A stretch of DNA of 64,000 nt from Glycera tridactyla. Lineage: Eukaryota. Below are positions 1-13,886 of this stretch, piece by piece; position 1 is the stretch's first letter, and each line of letters starts with the position of its first letter. The DNA lies in the NCBI GenBank assembly GCA_965644265.1, contig OZ286462.1, forward strand, positions 93,682,001 to 93,746,000, read 5' to 3'. The notes under the pieces are model-generated. The model was not told the DNA's origin. It worked only from the letters and a program-made list of their open reading frames with translations, and searched no databases. The translations under genes were made by a program, and so were the position numbers.

Positions 1-699
1 GGGAGTCCGCGATTTCTATGGATGACAGCCACCAATGGGCGTGGGGTCTTGTCATCTTGGACGATGTGGTCTAGTTGTAGCACTATGCCCTCTACCCTCA
101 ATAGCTTTTGGGTTTTGTGTGTGAGGGGGGGGGGGTGTAAACATACCTTCAAAATTCTCCACTTTCTGTCTTCAGGTATTTTCTGCCAATATTACATTAT
201 CACTGTGTCTGTTTCCATATCATCCGTCCAAGCTCTTTTTTTATTCCTCTAAAATGGTCTCCCATGTAGGTAGCTGATGGTTTTGCTGTATCAGAGAAGC
301 CACTGTGCACGATGCAGAAACCAGAAACAGGAGTTCTGGCTTACTAGGGCTTTGACTAGGTTTACTGGAAAGTGTGATGGCATTCTACCACAAGTAAAGG
401 CAACATTATTGTGAAGCTGGTTTGAAGTTGACAGTTGATATCTGATAACATCAAGCATTCTTCAAACCAGATTCTTCGTTTCAAGTACTGTGATCCGCCT
501 GAAATGAAAACGTTGCTATCACGCTGGAGTGTCAGCTACCATCTAATTACATACTTATGATTTGCTATCCATGGATTCATCCAGACATATGTGAGTTTGT
601 AACTGAATTTAAAGGACATCTTACAATACGTTATTCGCCTTGCGTGACAGACTTTCAAAAAGTTTGATATCTATGCAAGGTATTGGGTCACTAATTTGC

Positions 700-930
700 T
701 CCACTATTCCAGGTCTTTGTTGTGCTCAGCTTCATACATCCGGAAACTGATATTGCAAACAAATCTCTTCTCCACTGGCAACCACTAGAGTTGTGTCAAC
801 ATATGGGAAATGTCATGCTGTCTAATAGATGTTATAACATAAACTGCTGCATTGAGAGCATGTTGCAGCTTCTGGGTCTTATTCCGGAGAGTCCGAGATG
901 TAAAGCATTGCAATTATCAATACAGGATGT
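700..930 (-). pseudogene. Decayed CR1/L2-group LINE reverse transcriptase C-terminal fragment
   Basis: Translates with a frameshift to IDNCNALHLGLS..QKLQHALNAAVYVITSIRQHDISHMLTQL*WLPVEKR, matching the IDYCN..LQ.VQNAAAR....HI...L..LHWLP motif. Confidence 0.6.
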
Positions 931-1214
931 GGCAAGTGAATGTACAACTTCTTGGTTGCTTAATAGGTAATCCACTTCTTATTCGGTGTATCTGGAAGCA
1001 TTCGATTCTCATCGATCACTCGATTCCGTGCTTTTAGTGGCGAGTTAGGTGCAGTCACTCCGGTTCTCAAACTGAGCAGCACGGTTTACTACAGTGAGCA
1101 GGGCTCCTCCTCAGATGGGGGACCAACATGTACAAGGTTAACCATTCCATACCGGACCTGCACCATAACACAGACCTGTATGATCTGCGCTACTCACTGA
1201 GGAGGCACTTCTGT

Positions 1215-1375
1215 GTGGAGGTAGCTGAGTGGAACCTCTGTACTCCACCACTTCACTTCACCCAGGTGTGAATGGGTACTTGGCATATAGGCAGTGATGG
1301 TTAATGTAGAGTGCTTAGCCCATGCAGTTAACTCTGTGTCTGTAGTTGTATACTCCCCAGGGAGATGAGAAAGAC
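1215..1375 (+). mobile_element. CORE-SINE-like relic
   Basis: CACCCAGGTGTGAATGGGTAC and ACTCCCCAGGGAG motifs resemble the CORE domain. Confidence 0.4.
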
Positions 1376-2534
1376 TCAAGCTTGAACACGCCTGCCACGG
1401 AATATATTTGTAAAGTCGGGTGAGCTCGACGAGGAACCAGACTCTAAACCACTACATTTACATTTACATTTACATTTACATTTACATTTGTTTAGCCTGC
1501 CACATTGAAGCTGTTCCACCTCAAAACGGCCCCACTCTCTCATTAGACAATCAAGCTGTGCCGATTCACTTGTTGTATTCATACAACCTCTTAGGAGCAT
1601 GTTTTCAACTCAGTCAGAGTAAACCCGGAGAAATTGCCGTTACATGATTCATCTGAGCCAAAATATTGAGAATGCACGGAGAACGAGTAGAATAAATCAT
1701 ATTTCACTAGATGCCATGTGATCTCACAAAGCCATAATCATGCAAATAGGACCCCCCCCCCCCCCCCCCCCGTTTTGACCCATCAGACGAGATAAAGCCA
1801 CCACAGAAATCATTCCGCATTGGCGGCATGTATATGATGGCGCTTCGGAGGTGGCAATTTAGCGAACACAGATATGACGATGATGGCATGTTATGAACTC
1901 ATGTCCGAGAGTGAGTGGGTGTAAATAGAATGTGTGCTCAACAAATTTCTCCAGTTTGGCAGTCTCTATAATGGGTATGAGACAACCATGCAGAAATGAC
2001 TGCATTTGCTAGGCACTAGACAGTTAGGACTATATATTCTCAATTGCGAATTTCTCGCTTTTCAAAAACATTCAGGCACCTCGCACAAGTTTCAACTGCC
2101 AGAAAAGTATGAACCACCATTCCCAGCAGTACATCATTGGCTTATTCAATCATGTCAGGCAGTCAGGTTTGATTCTCAATCCTTTCGCAGATTACAATCA
2201 GGTAGCCCCCCCCCCCCCCATCATGGAAGTTGTTGACTTGTGAAGAGGTATTCAATGATGCAGGCCTGACATTGAATGACGAACCTTGTGCATTCTAATC
2301 ACCCATCTATACCACAGTTGAGCTCATCATGCCTAACATCTCTCTTCAGTGGCGAGGCAGAGATGCTGATTGTAAGCCGTTGATAGCCTAGACACATTTG
2401 GTGTAATAGTGACCATAGCTTTTCTCCAGAAATGCTACACTACATGCTGGCGATAAATGTATTGCAAATCCCTCTAACAGTGGACTGCCGATTGATATTC
2501 CAGGTCATACATCGGTTGAAGTTGAAATTGAGAG

Positions 2535-2728
2535 TTTGTTTGTTTGTTTGAGTTCAACGTCACTTCAACCCCCTTGGGTTATAATGCTGAAGAAAAGAGG
2601 CACCGCCGCCGGGCGCCGTCCCTACTCTTTGCGAAAGACAGCGGTGGTTCTTTTACGTGCGTCCAGGAAGAGACTCCTATAAACACGGCCGGCTTTTGAT
2701 ATCCCAGGCGACATGCACTGGGTTTGAG
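2535..2728 (-). mobile_element. SINE family copy ((AAAC)n tail; central CACGTAAAAGAACC..CGCAAAGAGTAGGG, MetaSINE-like)
   Basis: Recurrent family in the window (also about 17337-17425, 40130-40310, 43863-44080, 50087-50255). Resemblance to the Meta domain is from memory. Confidence 0.6.
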
Positions 2729-3444
2729 ATAATTATCATGCACACATGCGTGGATACCTTCCTGTAAATATATTCACGATTTTCAATGTCAACTTGACAG
2801 TATGTTTTGTGAAGCGATATCGAATGTAAAGTGAGGAAGATTTCTTATTGTTGAGTGGTGTGTAGCTATCAATACTATTGTACTGCTCAATGATATACCA
2901 TGTACCATATACAACAACTCGAAAATGGTAGCTAACATGGCAGCTAACACTGGCAACAGTACATAAACAACTCATCTGGGCTTCAGGCAATTACTCCACC
3001 AACTTGCAAAGATGACTCCCTTTTTCTTGTTTTTTACCATTTGTTTTACCATCTGGCTATTAACAAATCTGCGGGGTCTCAACTGGCACCAATGAGCTTG
3101 ATATGAACACTTCTCGTCAAGGTTCATAGGGAGATCTTCAGAGGATTGCCATTGGTCTCATAATCTGCTGGACATCATCAGCCAAAGTGTATCCAACCAG
3201 TAAATGAGTTAATCAGGCAAGCGAGCAAACACACAGCTTTACCTGCTAAGGCGTGGCTTGGTATATATCGTGCGAAACCTTTGTCCCTATTGCAAACATA
3301 GACTATTGGAGTGTCTATGTTTGCACTAGCGAAATAGGAATATTGTGATATATACATCATCCGATAGATAGAAAGATGGCTGGTAGATAGGTTAGGTGGT
3401 CGTGGCAGAGAGCGAGGCAGGCTGACAGACAGAAACAGGCAGAA

Positions 3445-3560
3445 ACAGACCGACCGACCGACCAACCGACCGACCGACCGACCGACCGACCGACCGACCG
3501 ACCGACCGACCGACCGAACGACCGAACGACCGAACGACCGAACGACCGAACGACCGACCG
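3445..3560. repeat. (CCGA)n/(CCGAACGA)n microsatellite
   Basis: Direct reading. Confidence 0.9.
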
Positions 3561-4157
3561 TCTGTCATCAAACATATTGTTCAGACAGTGCTGGGAATGT
3601 AGAAAATATATGACTGGCCCATTGTGCATTTGGTAGTTTCGTCTACAAGTTGTTCTGTTCTTGATTTTCGATTTTTGTGGAAAAATACTATAGGCTAAAG
3701 AAAAGACAACTCCTGTCAGGAAACTTCTGTTACTCTTCGCTGCACGTAGCATAGACATTAACACACATATCTGGCCCTTGGCAGTTGTTGAGACCTTATG
3801 TTAACAAGAGCGCCACGGCGCTAATTGGAGAATTCGCTCAATCGGCTATCGCTAGCACCTGCATTTCCACACCTTGATATATTTTCCATGAATTTAGGTG
3901 ACATTTTGAAGGTGCTCTGCCTAGAAATTGACACACTGACTCATTGGACAAGTATATGGATAAGTCCTGCTCCAGAACAAGGTCGGCTGTTCCAGTTCAT
4001 TTGGAGGATGGACATGTCAATAAATGTAGTCATACACTCATCGAGAGGGCTATTTCCGCCCAGTCACAAAAAAACCCAGAAAAATTATTCACACATGATT
4101 CATCCGTGGTAAAATAGCAAGAATGCCTGGAGATTGAGTAGAATAAATCATATTATA

Positions 4158-4334
4158 CAGTCGAACCTGTCTATAAAGACCACCTTCGGTCGCATCAAAA
4201 AGCGGTCTTTATGGGCAGGTGGTCTTTATAGAGAGGTCATTTACTGTTGAAAATACTACCACGGTCGCATCTCAGGTGGTCTTTACAGAGAGGTGGTCTT
4301 TATAGAGAGGTGGTCTTTAGAGCAGGTTCGACTG
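4158..4334. mobile_element. TA-flanked MITE family A (TIR CAGTCGAACC; Tc1/mariner-pogo-like)
   Basis: TA|CAGTCGAACC...GGTTCGACTG|TA with internal GACCACC/GGTGGTC repeats. Confidence 0.85.
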
Positions 4335-4449
4335 TACTTGGTGATTGGGATCGCACAAGTCTATAATCATGCATATATATTGTATAAGCAGTGACACTAT
4401 TTGGAGGAGCAATGTTGTTTCCAGCACAAACAGTGAAGTGATCAGTGAT

Positions 4450-4810
4450 TTGGATAGCTTTGATTTTCGCTTTGCTCAATCTTCATGATGGGCAGAATTG
4501 GGTCAACATCGGACTAGGTACAGGCAACCAAGCGAATTCTCCAAAATTCATACATTCAAGCAATAAGCTAGACTAACATGAAACATACTAAGTTTGGGCT
4601 GGAATTTTCTTCAAGTGAAATGCATATGTGAGGTTGGTGTGTCCTATCCTCAAACGAGATCAGACAATCTCTTTACATCTACTCAGCTGCGCTCAGATTC
4701 AAGCTGAGTCATGTGTGCTGTTTTATCAGCTGCGTCATTGCTCGGAATGTCAACATGACCAGGAATCCAGCATAGTCTAATGCTTTTGACGTTAGCCAGA
4801 GAGTATCGAT
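4450..4810 (-). pseudogene. Decayed I/Ingi/Nimb-group LINE fragment (RNase H end + C-terminal region)
   Basis: SIRLCWIPGHVDIPSNDAADK (RNase H WIPGH.GI.GNE.AD) followed by SRLRIGHTNLT...LLLEC. Confidence 0.6.
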
Positions 4811-5077
4811 TGCTTGATTCATTGACTGAATGACTGACTGATTGATTGAATGATTAATTGAATAATACCTATCTTCATTCATATCTCTTGTATCGTTTCA
4901 TTTGTATGAGCTCGGTACTCATCCATTAGACAGACAAACGGGCTGACTGTCAGACAAGCACACATATTGAATGATTGGTTGATTGATTGATCGGTTGATT
5001 GGTTGTATGAAGGAGATAGTAATGCTTAACGACTCTTGTATCTTGTAAGCTATCATCATGAGACAAATGAACGGACA

Positions 5078-5079
<2 letters not shown>

Positions 5080-5163
<84 letters not shown>
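5080..5163. repeat. (GA)n microsatellite
   Basis: Direct reading. Confidence 0.95.
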
Positions 5164-5169
<6 letters not shown>

Positions 5170-6149
5170 TGATGGACAGGTAATCATTCATTTGGAGGAC
5201 TTTCTGCTCCAGAATACGTCACCTTGAGATCCATCCCCATAAAGGCGGGCATCATGAGTCTGGCACATATTCCGTTATCCATCTCGAAGAACTGGTCCTC
5301 ATCCATTCAGCTGCTACTTAAAAGTCAAAAGTCGCTCTGCTTCTTCGTAAAGCCCACTGATATCAGTCAAACGGATCAACTCATTGCCACCGTCTCTCAA
5401 CCATCTAGTGGTGGCTGCACTTGTTGCGAAAAATTGAATTGACCGGTTTCCATTCTGCAAGGTACTGATATTAGTAAGNNNNNNNNNNNNNNNNNNNNNN
5501 NNNNNNNNNNNNNNNNNNNNNNNNNNNNNNNNNNNNNNNNNNNNNNNNNNNNNNNNNNNNNNNNNNNNNNNNNNNNNNNNNNNNNNNNNNNNNNNNNNNN
5601 NNNNNNNNNNNNNNNNNNNNNNNNNNNNNNNNNNGTCTGTCTGTCTTGTCGGTCCTGACTACCTGAATATATGTCTGTGTGTTAGTCTGTTTGTGTTTCT
5701 GTCTGCTTGCTGCCGTTTCCTTCTGTCTGTTCCCCACGCTTTGTCTGGATGTTTATCTGTCAATCTCATTGTCTGTGTGTCTTTCTGATGCTTTTTCAGT
5801 TTATCTGTCCATCTGTTCGTCTGTCTGTCCGTCTAGTGTATGTCTGTCCACGCTCTGTCTGTTTATCTGTCTGTTGGTTTGCCAGTTTTTATGCCTGTCT
5901 ATATGTTTATCTGCCTTTGTCTCTGCCCGTCCCTCTGCCTGTCTGACTGTCTATCTGTTTGTCTCCAAGTCGAGCCCTTATTGGATGAAATTATGCCTAC
6001 TTCTCTACGTTGTAGCTATAGATTGTATTCGGGGGGGGGGGGGGGGGGGGGTTGTTATATGTTCTTAACCGCTTGGAATTTTGTAGTCTTGAATGAACGG
6101 GATCAATCTTCCTGAATTATGCAATTAACGACCCTCCCTATCCGACTGG

Positions 6150-6950
6150 TGTTTTCATAAAGTGAACTTGATCCACTAGAGTAATGATGTTGTCTCGAGT
6201 TTTGTCTCGAGGTCACCAAAATAATCGTATAGTCATAAAGTGAGCTTAACAACAGAAGACTAGTGTTGTAAAGTTAGCTTGGTGACTAGAATAATGAGGG
6301 TTATCGTACGTGAACTTGGTCACTAGAGATCTTGAGAAGTTGTCTTGAGTGAAATAATGGTATAGTCACGGAATGAGCTAGAATAATGGCGTTATCATAG
6401 AGTGAGCTTGGCCACTAGAATAATAGTATTATCATAGAGTGAACCTGGTCACTAGAATAATGATGTTGTCAGAAAGTGAACTTGCTCACTAGAATAATGG
6501 TGTTGTCATAGAGTGAACTTGGTCATTAGAATAATGATGTTGTCAGAAAGTGAACTTGCTCACTAGAATAATGGTGTCTTAAAGTGAGCTTGGTCACTAG
6601 AATAATGGTGTCTTAAAGTGAGCTTGGTCACTGGAATAATGGTGATGTCAGAAAGTGAGCTTGGTCACTAGAGTAATGGTGTCTGAAAGTGAACTTGGTC
6701 ACTGGAATAATGGTAATGTCAGAAAGTGGACTTGGTCACTAGACTAATGGGGTTGTCTTAAGGTGAACTTGGTCACTAGAATATTGGGGTTGTCATGAAG
6801 TGAACTTGGTCACTAGAATAATGGTGTTTTAAAGTGAGCATGGTCACTAGAATAATGGTGTTGTCTTAAGAGAACTGACCAACTTATTTGGATAATTGTG
6901 TTGCCTCACATTGACCCTGGTTACTTGAATAATGGTGTTGTCTTTGGGTG
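6150..6950. repeat. 34-38-bp minisatellite, ~20 units
   Basis: Unit GTGAACTTGGTCACTAGAATAATGGTGTTGTCATAGA (37 bp) with variants. Confidence 0.9.
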
Positions 6951-8897
6951 AAGTTCGTTTTTTTATTCAGAAACTATATTGTATTCCGAAATAACATCGA
7001 GGATTTTGATTAAGGAATACATATGGATGCCATTCGAAATCAAAAACGTGCAGCTATAGTCCAAAAAGTCTGTCGAATCGACTCGAAATCAGTATATCCT
7101 ATAGATTTTATCCATATTGTTTCATCTGAATCTCACAGCAACGTATCCATCACGGAAACGGTATGATAAGTCAGTAGGAACTCCAAAGTGTGGTATTTCC
7201 AAAACTTGTATGCTGTTTTATGAAGATCTATGTCCAATAAGATGCTGTGAATTAATTTCGGACCACAGGTTATCCAATCAAGAGGTACATGTCCGAAAAT
7301 GTTAGATGATCATAGCCCTGGTTGTTGTTTGTATAACATTGCTGAAGTTACCATCAACATGAAAGTTTCAGCCGATTGGTGTGCGCTCGAGTCATTTGAG
7401 CAAGGTAATGTTGTAGATGTTGGTTATCAGAACCAGATGTTCAGAAGACTAATATCAAATCACTGATCTTCTGCCTTCCCATCTGCGCATCACCAACCCC
7501 CGTCGGCCGATCGCATGTCTGCAGGGGTCAACACAGAGGCACCGACGACCGCCCAGTTTGTTGTTTCCCTAGTCTGCAATGCTTGGCTAGTGCCAGTTGG
7601 ACTAGGGAGTGCCTCCGCCCGTATAGAGGATCATATCAGGCCCCGAGGTGTGGATCGCCAGACCACATTCGACGCTTCAGTGCACCTTCAAATGAAGAAA
7701 TCAATCTCGGGTATTTCTCGAAACATCGCAATGTTGCCACCTCATTGTCTTGGCGAGGAACGGACATGAGATGGATCTACTTTCCTGTTGATATTAGAAG
7801 GACATCTCAGATCGCGTATCATTTACGTAGCGCCATCTATCCGAGGGCGACAACAACATAAAAGGCGAGCCTCTTTATGGGATTTTCTCGGTGTGACGCA
7901 AAAGAAGATTACCAAGCAACCCGTTTCAGTGGATCTGTCCTCCGCACCGTGAGCTATAAAGGATAGCTCACTGATATTCGGGTAAACAGAGAGAGCTGGA
8001 GATCTAAGCTGTATAGAGACCGTGCCTTGATCTAGCCACTGGACAAGTCTTTTCAATCAGGCAGAAGAGGGATGGGATCTCCTACTCACGGGTCGCTGGC
8101 CATATTAGCAGGGCCCCTTGATCATGGGTTTCCAAACTCTCGGAGATTTATTTACTCTGTGTGATATTTTCGTGCGCAAGTCTTTCCAGAAAGCAAGCTG
8201 ACGTCAATTGAATGTCGGTGGACGTCGGGATGACGAGGTTGGACGTCCGATAGACGTCCAGTGGACATATACTGTACCACGTTATCCCATGCCCCCCCCC
8301 CCCCCTATTATGATTCCACTCATCAAATATAGTTGCTTAATCCTACAACAAAAGATTCAAGGGAGTAGAATATGATAGAGATACCATGTGATACAAAAGG
8401 AATGACTTGCTAATATGAATAGTGGGAAATAAATAGAATTATTTCAATAGAAATGAGTATGCTTGATGGTGTGCTAGTGAGATGCTTGATACTGTCAACC
8501 CTTGCGAGAAACCCAACTTTGGCATTTGAAACATTTCATGGGCCTCTTGCACGTGCACCATTTCGCTTACATGAATCGAGCAAAACATATGTGTATATGA
8601 CCAGTGACGTAATATCATGATTCTATTACAAATGGAGAATGGGGCTGATGCATTGTCAGTTCTGGCCTCATAGTTACTCGCCGAACTTAATATCCTGGAG
8701 GATGACTAGGCGTTACGGCAGTTAGAGGCACTGGCAGTGTGTTTAAGGTGGTGGGTGCCTTGCTCAGAAGTCTTGGCTTCAACTCCCATGAGGGAACAAA
8801 AAATGGGCTTGGGCTCTCGACACATTTCGTGGACCTATTGCCCATGCATCACATGTCACTGACGTAATTCAAACCAAACACACACGCACGCACGCGC

Positions 8898-8954
<57 letters not shown>

Positions 8955-8986
8955 TGTGTATACGCTCGTTTGTTTGTTTGTTTTTT

Positions 8987-9072
<86 letters not shown>
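8898..9072. repeat. (CA)n and (TG)n microsatellites in inverted arrangement
   Basis: (CA)n to about 8950, short spacer, (TG)n from about 8988 to 9072. Confidence 0.9.
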
Positions 9073-9078
<6 letters not shown>

Positions 9079-9556
9079 CTTCACCGAACCCGTGAACACT
9101 GGATCGTTATCACTATCCAAAGTCATTTGAGCCGAGGTGATATCCACATGTGTGGATAGCAAGAATTAGTAATATCAGTATGACATGCATGACGCTATCT
9201 CACTCCACAGAGACACTTCCGCATTCCAACGAACATCCCCAAGAATTTACAATGCAGCGCAGAGTACAAGTAAAGGTAATCTGGAAATTTGAAAAGGTAA
9301 CCTAATGTAATAATATTTGATAAGACATATGACGTGTNNNNNNNNNNNNNNNNNNNNNNNNNNNNNNNNNNNNNNNNNNNNNNNNNNNNNNNNNNNNNNN
9401 NNNNNNNNNNNNNNNNNNNNNNNNNNNNNNNNNNNNNNNNNNNNNNNNNNNNNNNNNNNNNNNNNNNNNNNNNNNNNNNNNNNNNNNNNNNNNNNNNNNN
9501 NNNNNNNNNNNNNNNNNNNNNNNNNNNNNNNNNNNNNNNNNNNNNNNNNNNNNNNA

Positions 9557-9800
9557 GAATTTATGCTGGTTGATTCCTTCACCATTGATGGTAACCCATC
9601 ATAACATCTTGGGCTCCTCACAGTCAATCTGCGGTCTGCTGTGACATTCTTCGACCGGGGCATATCAAGAGGATTACTGCTTACACTTCTTGTTAGTGGC
9701 CCATCACTATGAGGTCTAGACAATAGACATTTCTTTATTTCGCCAGGTCGCAACAGCGCATAGACAGGTGAAAAGACAGTAGTAAATACAATCGATTCAG
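9557..9800 (-). pseudogene. Decayed CR1/L2 LINE ORF2 3' end
   Basis: TRSVSSNPLDMPRSKNVTADRRLTVRSPRCYDGLPSMVKESTSINS resembles TRS....L.VPR...GDR.FSV..PRLWN.LP. Confidence 0.5.
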
Positions 9801-10779
9801 ACCGAAGTCTCGCCATTCGGCTATGACCTGTATCGACATGATTCCTATTAAGTCACGGTTATACCTGTAAGACTTGTCAAAGATACAGCGAGTAGTTTGG
9901 CACTAGAGTTGTCGGTCTAGAGTTGTACAATTTGCTAGAAATTGATGCATTGCTGTCCGGTTTGAGTGTCAACATCCAGTTACATAATTATTAGTGCGAT
10001 CTGCCAGCAATGGGTCCAGCCATTATCTGTCACACATGCAATCAATCAAACAATTGATCAATCAATTACTCACTATAAAACATGCTATCGGCCCAACTTC
10101 TGTAGGTCCCATTCGTACAGGTACGGTTACAACTCTGATCGGATAAGAATTGTGAAGTTGAATTACTTGTCCAAATGCAACAGGTAGATTTTGGAGAAAA
10201 TGCTTGCTTCATTCGCTGTGGTGCCCAGACGGGGTTCTAGCGAAATCCTTACAGGTACAGATACAGTCGACTATACACTGTGAGGTGACCTCAATTTTGC
10301 CATGATTGTCGTTTCAAACTTCCGATACCTATTTTCATTTTCTCGGGACAAATTCTTTTTAGCCGGATGAAAAATGCTTCAGGCCCTAGCTAACTGGCTA
10401 ATGGCTAGTACCAGTGCACAGTCGGTTAGTTGGATGGCCGATTGGTTGATTGATTTGGATTTAATGGCATGTATTGACCTAAATGATTAGCCCACGGACG
10501 TCTTATACTCCAGATATACAACAGCGTCACTCCCACTCCCTGAACTCACATTTCGTTGAGCCAGAAAAGTGCTCAGGTGAAGCAGCTGGCAGTTCAGCCA
10601 TCCCTCCACCTGCATCACATAGCACCGATAGTCCGATGAGTGACATACCTAATTAAGGAACCAGCTGGGCGCTGACACTGAAGCCTGAAGGCACTGTTTC
10701 TCAACGAATATTGTGAAGCTTTTTTCATTTGCTTATGTTATTTCCACATCGGGTTTCAGACATCATGTCTCATTTGTAA

Positions 10780-11220
10780 AATCAGACACGATTGGCAAGG
10801 TAGGAATTCTTGGAAGATTAAGATCAGTCTTGAGTCAAGATGCCACATTGATGATGTACAGGATTCTTGTCTTGCCCCTGTTTGATTATGCAGATGTGGT
10901 GTTTGACTGTCTCTCGCAGAGGGACAGTTGCCAACTACAGCTGCCAATTATTGCCATGTGATATGTGAAAAAACAAGTTATTATTTTATAGACAGGCTTC
11001 ATGAAGAATTGGAACTCCAAACTCTTGCAGCCAGAAGAAACCAGCATGAAATAATACATGTAAATAACATCTTCTATGGGAAATTGTCAGATTCACCAAA
11101 CATGCGAGCTTGCGTGCCACAAAATCGAAAAAAAAAACCCATTTTGAACGCCCGAAATTATAGATCATCGGAAAAGAATTTCAGACATGGAGCTCCAAGG
11201 CGATGGAATATCTATACAAC
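10780..11220 (+). pseudogene. Decayed CR1/L2 (Crack-like) LINE RT C-terminal fragment
   Basis: KVGILGRLRSVLSQDATLMMYRILVLPLFDYADVVFDCLSQ, then frameshifted LHEEL..QTLAARRNQH. Confidence 0.65.
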
Positions 11221-12022
11221 TGAACACCCCGATTTAGTTATGATGGGTCCAGTGACCTTTAAAGGGTTTATTATGCAATGAGTACGTTTTCTATAAGAAT
11301 CATAATAAGCATTGTGGTACAGTCAAAGAGTTACATGAAAATGTTGAAATCCAATACTATGTGGCCGTATCATTTTCGTCTCACCTCTCATCTACTCTAT
11401 TTTTCACCGAAATAGCCATCTTGTGAATATTCACAATTATCTCGTGATTGTCTCGTATTTCAATGGGTTTTTTTGTTCCCCTCAAATCAGATTTAAGTAT
11501 CCTGATATGTTCTCATCTCCATCCCCTCCTTCTCCTCATCTCATTTGTTCTCATGGGCACACCGTCCACGACCTGCTGTATCGGTACCATTATAACAATT
11601 TACAGTCGAACCTGCTCGAGAGACCACCTCAACACAGAGAACGCCTTCCTACAAAGGTCAACCCAAGCAGTATCTGCAATGATGCTTCATACAATAAACG
11701 ACTCCCGTGAAAATCACCTCTCTACAAAGACTACCAGTCTGTGAAGACCAAAAGGCCACCCCGAGCTGTGACTGCAATGATTTTTGATACAGTGAACGAG
11801 CCCTACTTAGGTCACCTCTCTACAAAGGCCAGCAGTCTTCAAAGACCATTTTTTGTGCGACTAAAGGAAGACTTTGTATACAGGATTGGTTGTTCGCTGT
11901 GGCGCTCATGTCTTGATGTAAATGCATATGGTGGATATTTTCACAATGTTGAATATATTGTATTACATGATTGTCATTGGACTTCATTGTCTGCGATGTA
12001 ATCGCCTTATGGGGGAGATGTA

Positions 12023-12200
12023 CAGTCGAACCTCTCTATAAAGACCGCCCTCGGTCGCATCAAAAAGTGGTCTTTATAAGGAGGTGGTCTTTATAGGGAG
12101 GTCATTTACTGTTGAAAATACTCCCGCGGTCGCAGCTCAGGGTGGTCTTTATAGGGAGGTGGCCTTTATAGAGAGGTGGTCTTTAGAGGAGGTTCGACTG
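12023..12200. mobile_element. MITE family A copy
   Basis: TA|CAGTCGAACC...GGTTCGACTG|TA. Confidence 0.85.
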
Positions 12201-13084
12201 TATATCATGTACACCTCCTGCGAATAGATATTTTGAAGCCTTTTTCAAAACTATAGATTCATTGAATTGAGTTGAATATGATGTCCTGAATCATATTGCA
12301 GGTTAGCCAGATGAGCGATTGATTGAGTGAATAGGGCTTAACGTCTCTTCAACCCAGGCAGGATTATTCGAGACTGAAGTTATGGTCGGTTCAAAGACAT
12401 AGACTGGACAGATATTGTAGTACAACAAATACATGTATTTGAAGAAAGTTTATCGGTACTTTTCAAAAAATCAGATTAGACAGATATTGATGATAAAAAG
12501 AATGTCAAAATAAGTGATTTTTGTATTTTTCAAATAATTATTGGCCAGTGGATAGAGGACTCCTGCCGGGTAAAACCCCTAATCTATACGAAATTAGAGG
12601 ATGGGTCTTTATATCATATATTATAGACGCTAACTCACACGGCCAGCCATTGATAACCCAGTCGGCATACACTGTATGTATCGCACCAGGGATTTGGGAT
12701 TTACGGATTATCATTAATCCGATCAAGTATTTTCTGGTGTGGCGCTCCAGCAACAGCTCATAATATCAAATAAACAACTGTCGTCGACCAGCTGATGGTT
12801 TGTTGATTTGGTGTGGTTTAACGTCATGTCAGCGACATCTGCTATATTGTGACGCTCATGCAATGGGCATAGGCACCAAAAAAGTGACCTTTACGGGGAG
12901 TTGGTCTTCATAGAGAGGTCATTTGCTGTTGAAAATGCTACCACGGTCGCAGCTCAGGGCGGCCGTTATAGAGAGGTTGTCTTCATAGGTAGTCACATCA
13001 TCTGTGTTATAGGATGCGGGTAGAGGTGTGTCTGGACTGACAATTGCACCAAGCAGACAACCTACATGACCTCATAATCTATGT

Positions 13085-13400
13085 CTGCAGGATTAAAGCC
13101 TGTGGGGCCTTCGGTTGGTGGGAGATTGGTGACATGCACCAACACGCAGAATTAGGTATGCTGTGCGTCCGAGATAATTCAGAGCTGGATGCCCTGGCTC
13201 CTACAAATATCACACTCACACGCCCTGAACACTGAATGGTGGAGAAAGAAATCTTGAAAATGGAAGTAGCAGACAGTTCATACACACATGCGCGTGATAA
13301 ATATAAAACCGATGGTCTTGCAGATGACATTGTTAACTACGTAGCTGGTTGGGTGGAAGCAGGCGCTCAAACATGATAACTGCACTGCTAGTGAACAAGG
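13085..13400 (+). pseudogene. Decayed P-element/THAP9-like transposase C-terminal fragment
   Basis: Frameshifted LRLVGDW*HAPTRRIRYAVR and DGLADDIVNYVAGWV/KQALKHDNC resemble IR..GG.ND.P...QFRY and IV.YIAG.V.+.....C..C. Confidence 0.4.
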
Positions 13401-13886
13401 CCAGGTAAACAAACAAGGAGATTGACAAATGTGTTCGGTTATGAACTTCAAACTTAAAATAAGTTCATGTTCGCAGTGCAAATTAGTTGTGACATCCACC
13501 GCTACTTCCACTTGCTAACCTTCATGTTTTTTTCCCGTCAACTTGTGTTCAGGTTGTTTGTTAGCAATGCTTGCAGGGAAAAATAAATCATCCAACAACC
13601 CTACCAACCAACCAACCAACCAACAAAGATACCCACCAATGTGATCACACTTGTGATGGACGTGGTACTCAGTACTGATGATTTCAAACAAACTTTTAGT
13701 CACGGGAGGCATATATTATGCCAGTGGCTACAACATGAGATTCTAGCCGAACCAACAAATTAACCAACCACCCGACCATCCAACTAACACATCATTGCAA
13801 TATCAGCATCGGGGGCACATGCACTTCAGAAGTCCCCAGTTTGACCTGCAGAGAAAACCAGTTGTTGCCATGATCATGATGCTACC

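Noticed and set aside
2230-2500. Possible APE endonuclease relic (MTWNIN; MGD*NAQ) on the minus strand
   Set aside because: Two short motifs only; too weak to list as a feature.
5215-5452. Minus-strand exon-like segment ending MDEDQFFEMDNGICARLMMPAFMGMDLK|gt, and another at about 3240-3330 (ANIDTPIVYVCNRDKGFARYIPSHALA)
   Set aside because: Plausible splice sites, but the phases do not join, the adjacent segment has stops and no family is recognisable, so a gene cannot be supported.
6150-6950. Regular repeat array that could suggest CRISPR
   Set aside because: Contiguous tandem units without unique spacers, in a eukaryotic context with no cas genes.
7500-8100. Possible DIRS/Ngaro tyrosine-recombinase relic
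   Set aside because: Only vague resemblance; no R-H-R-Y catalytic motifs identified.
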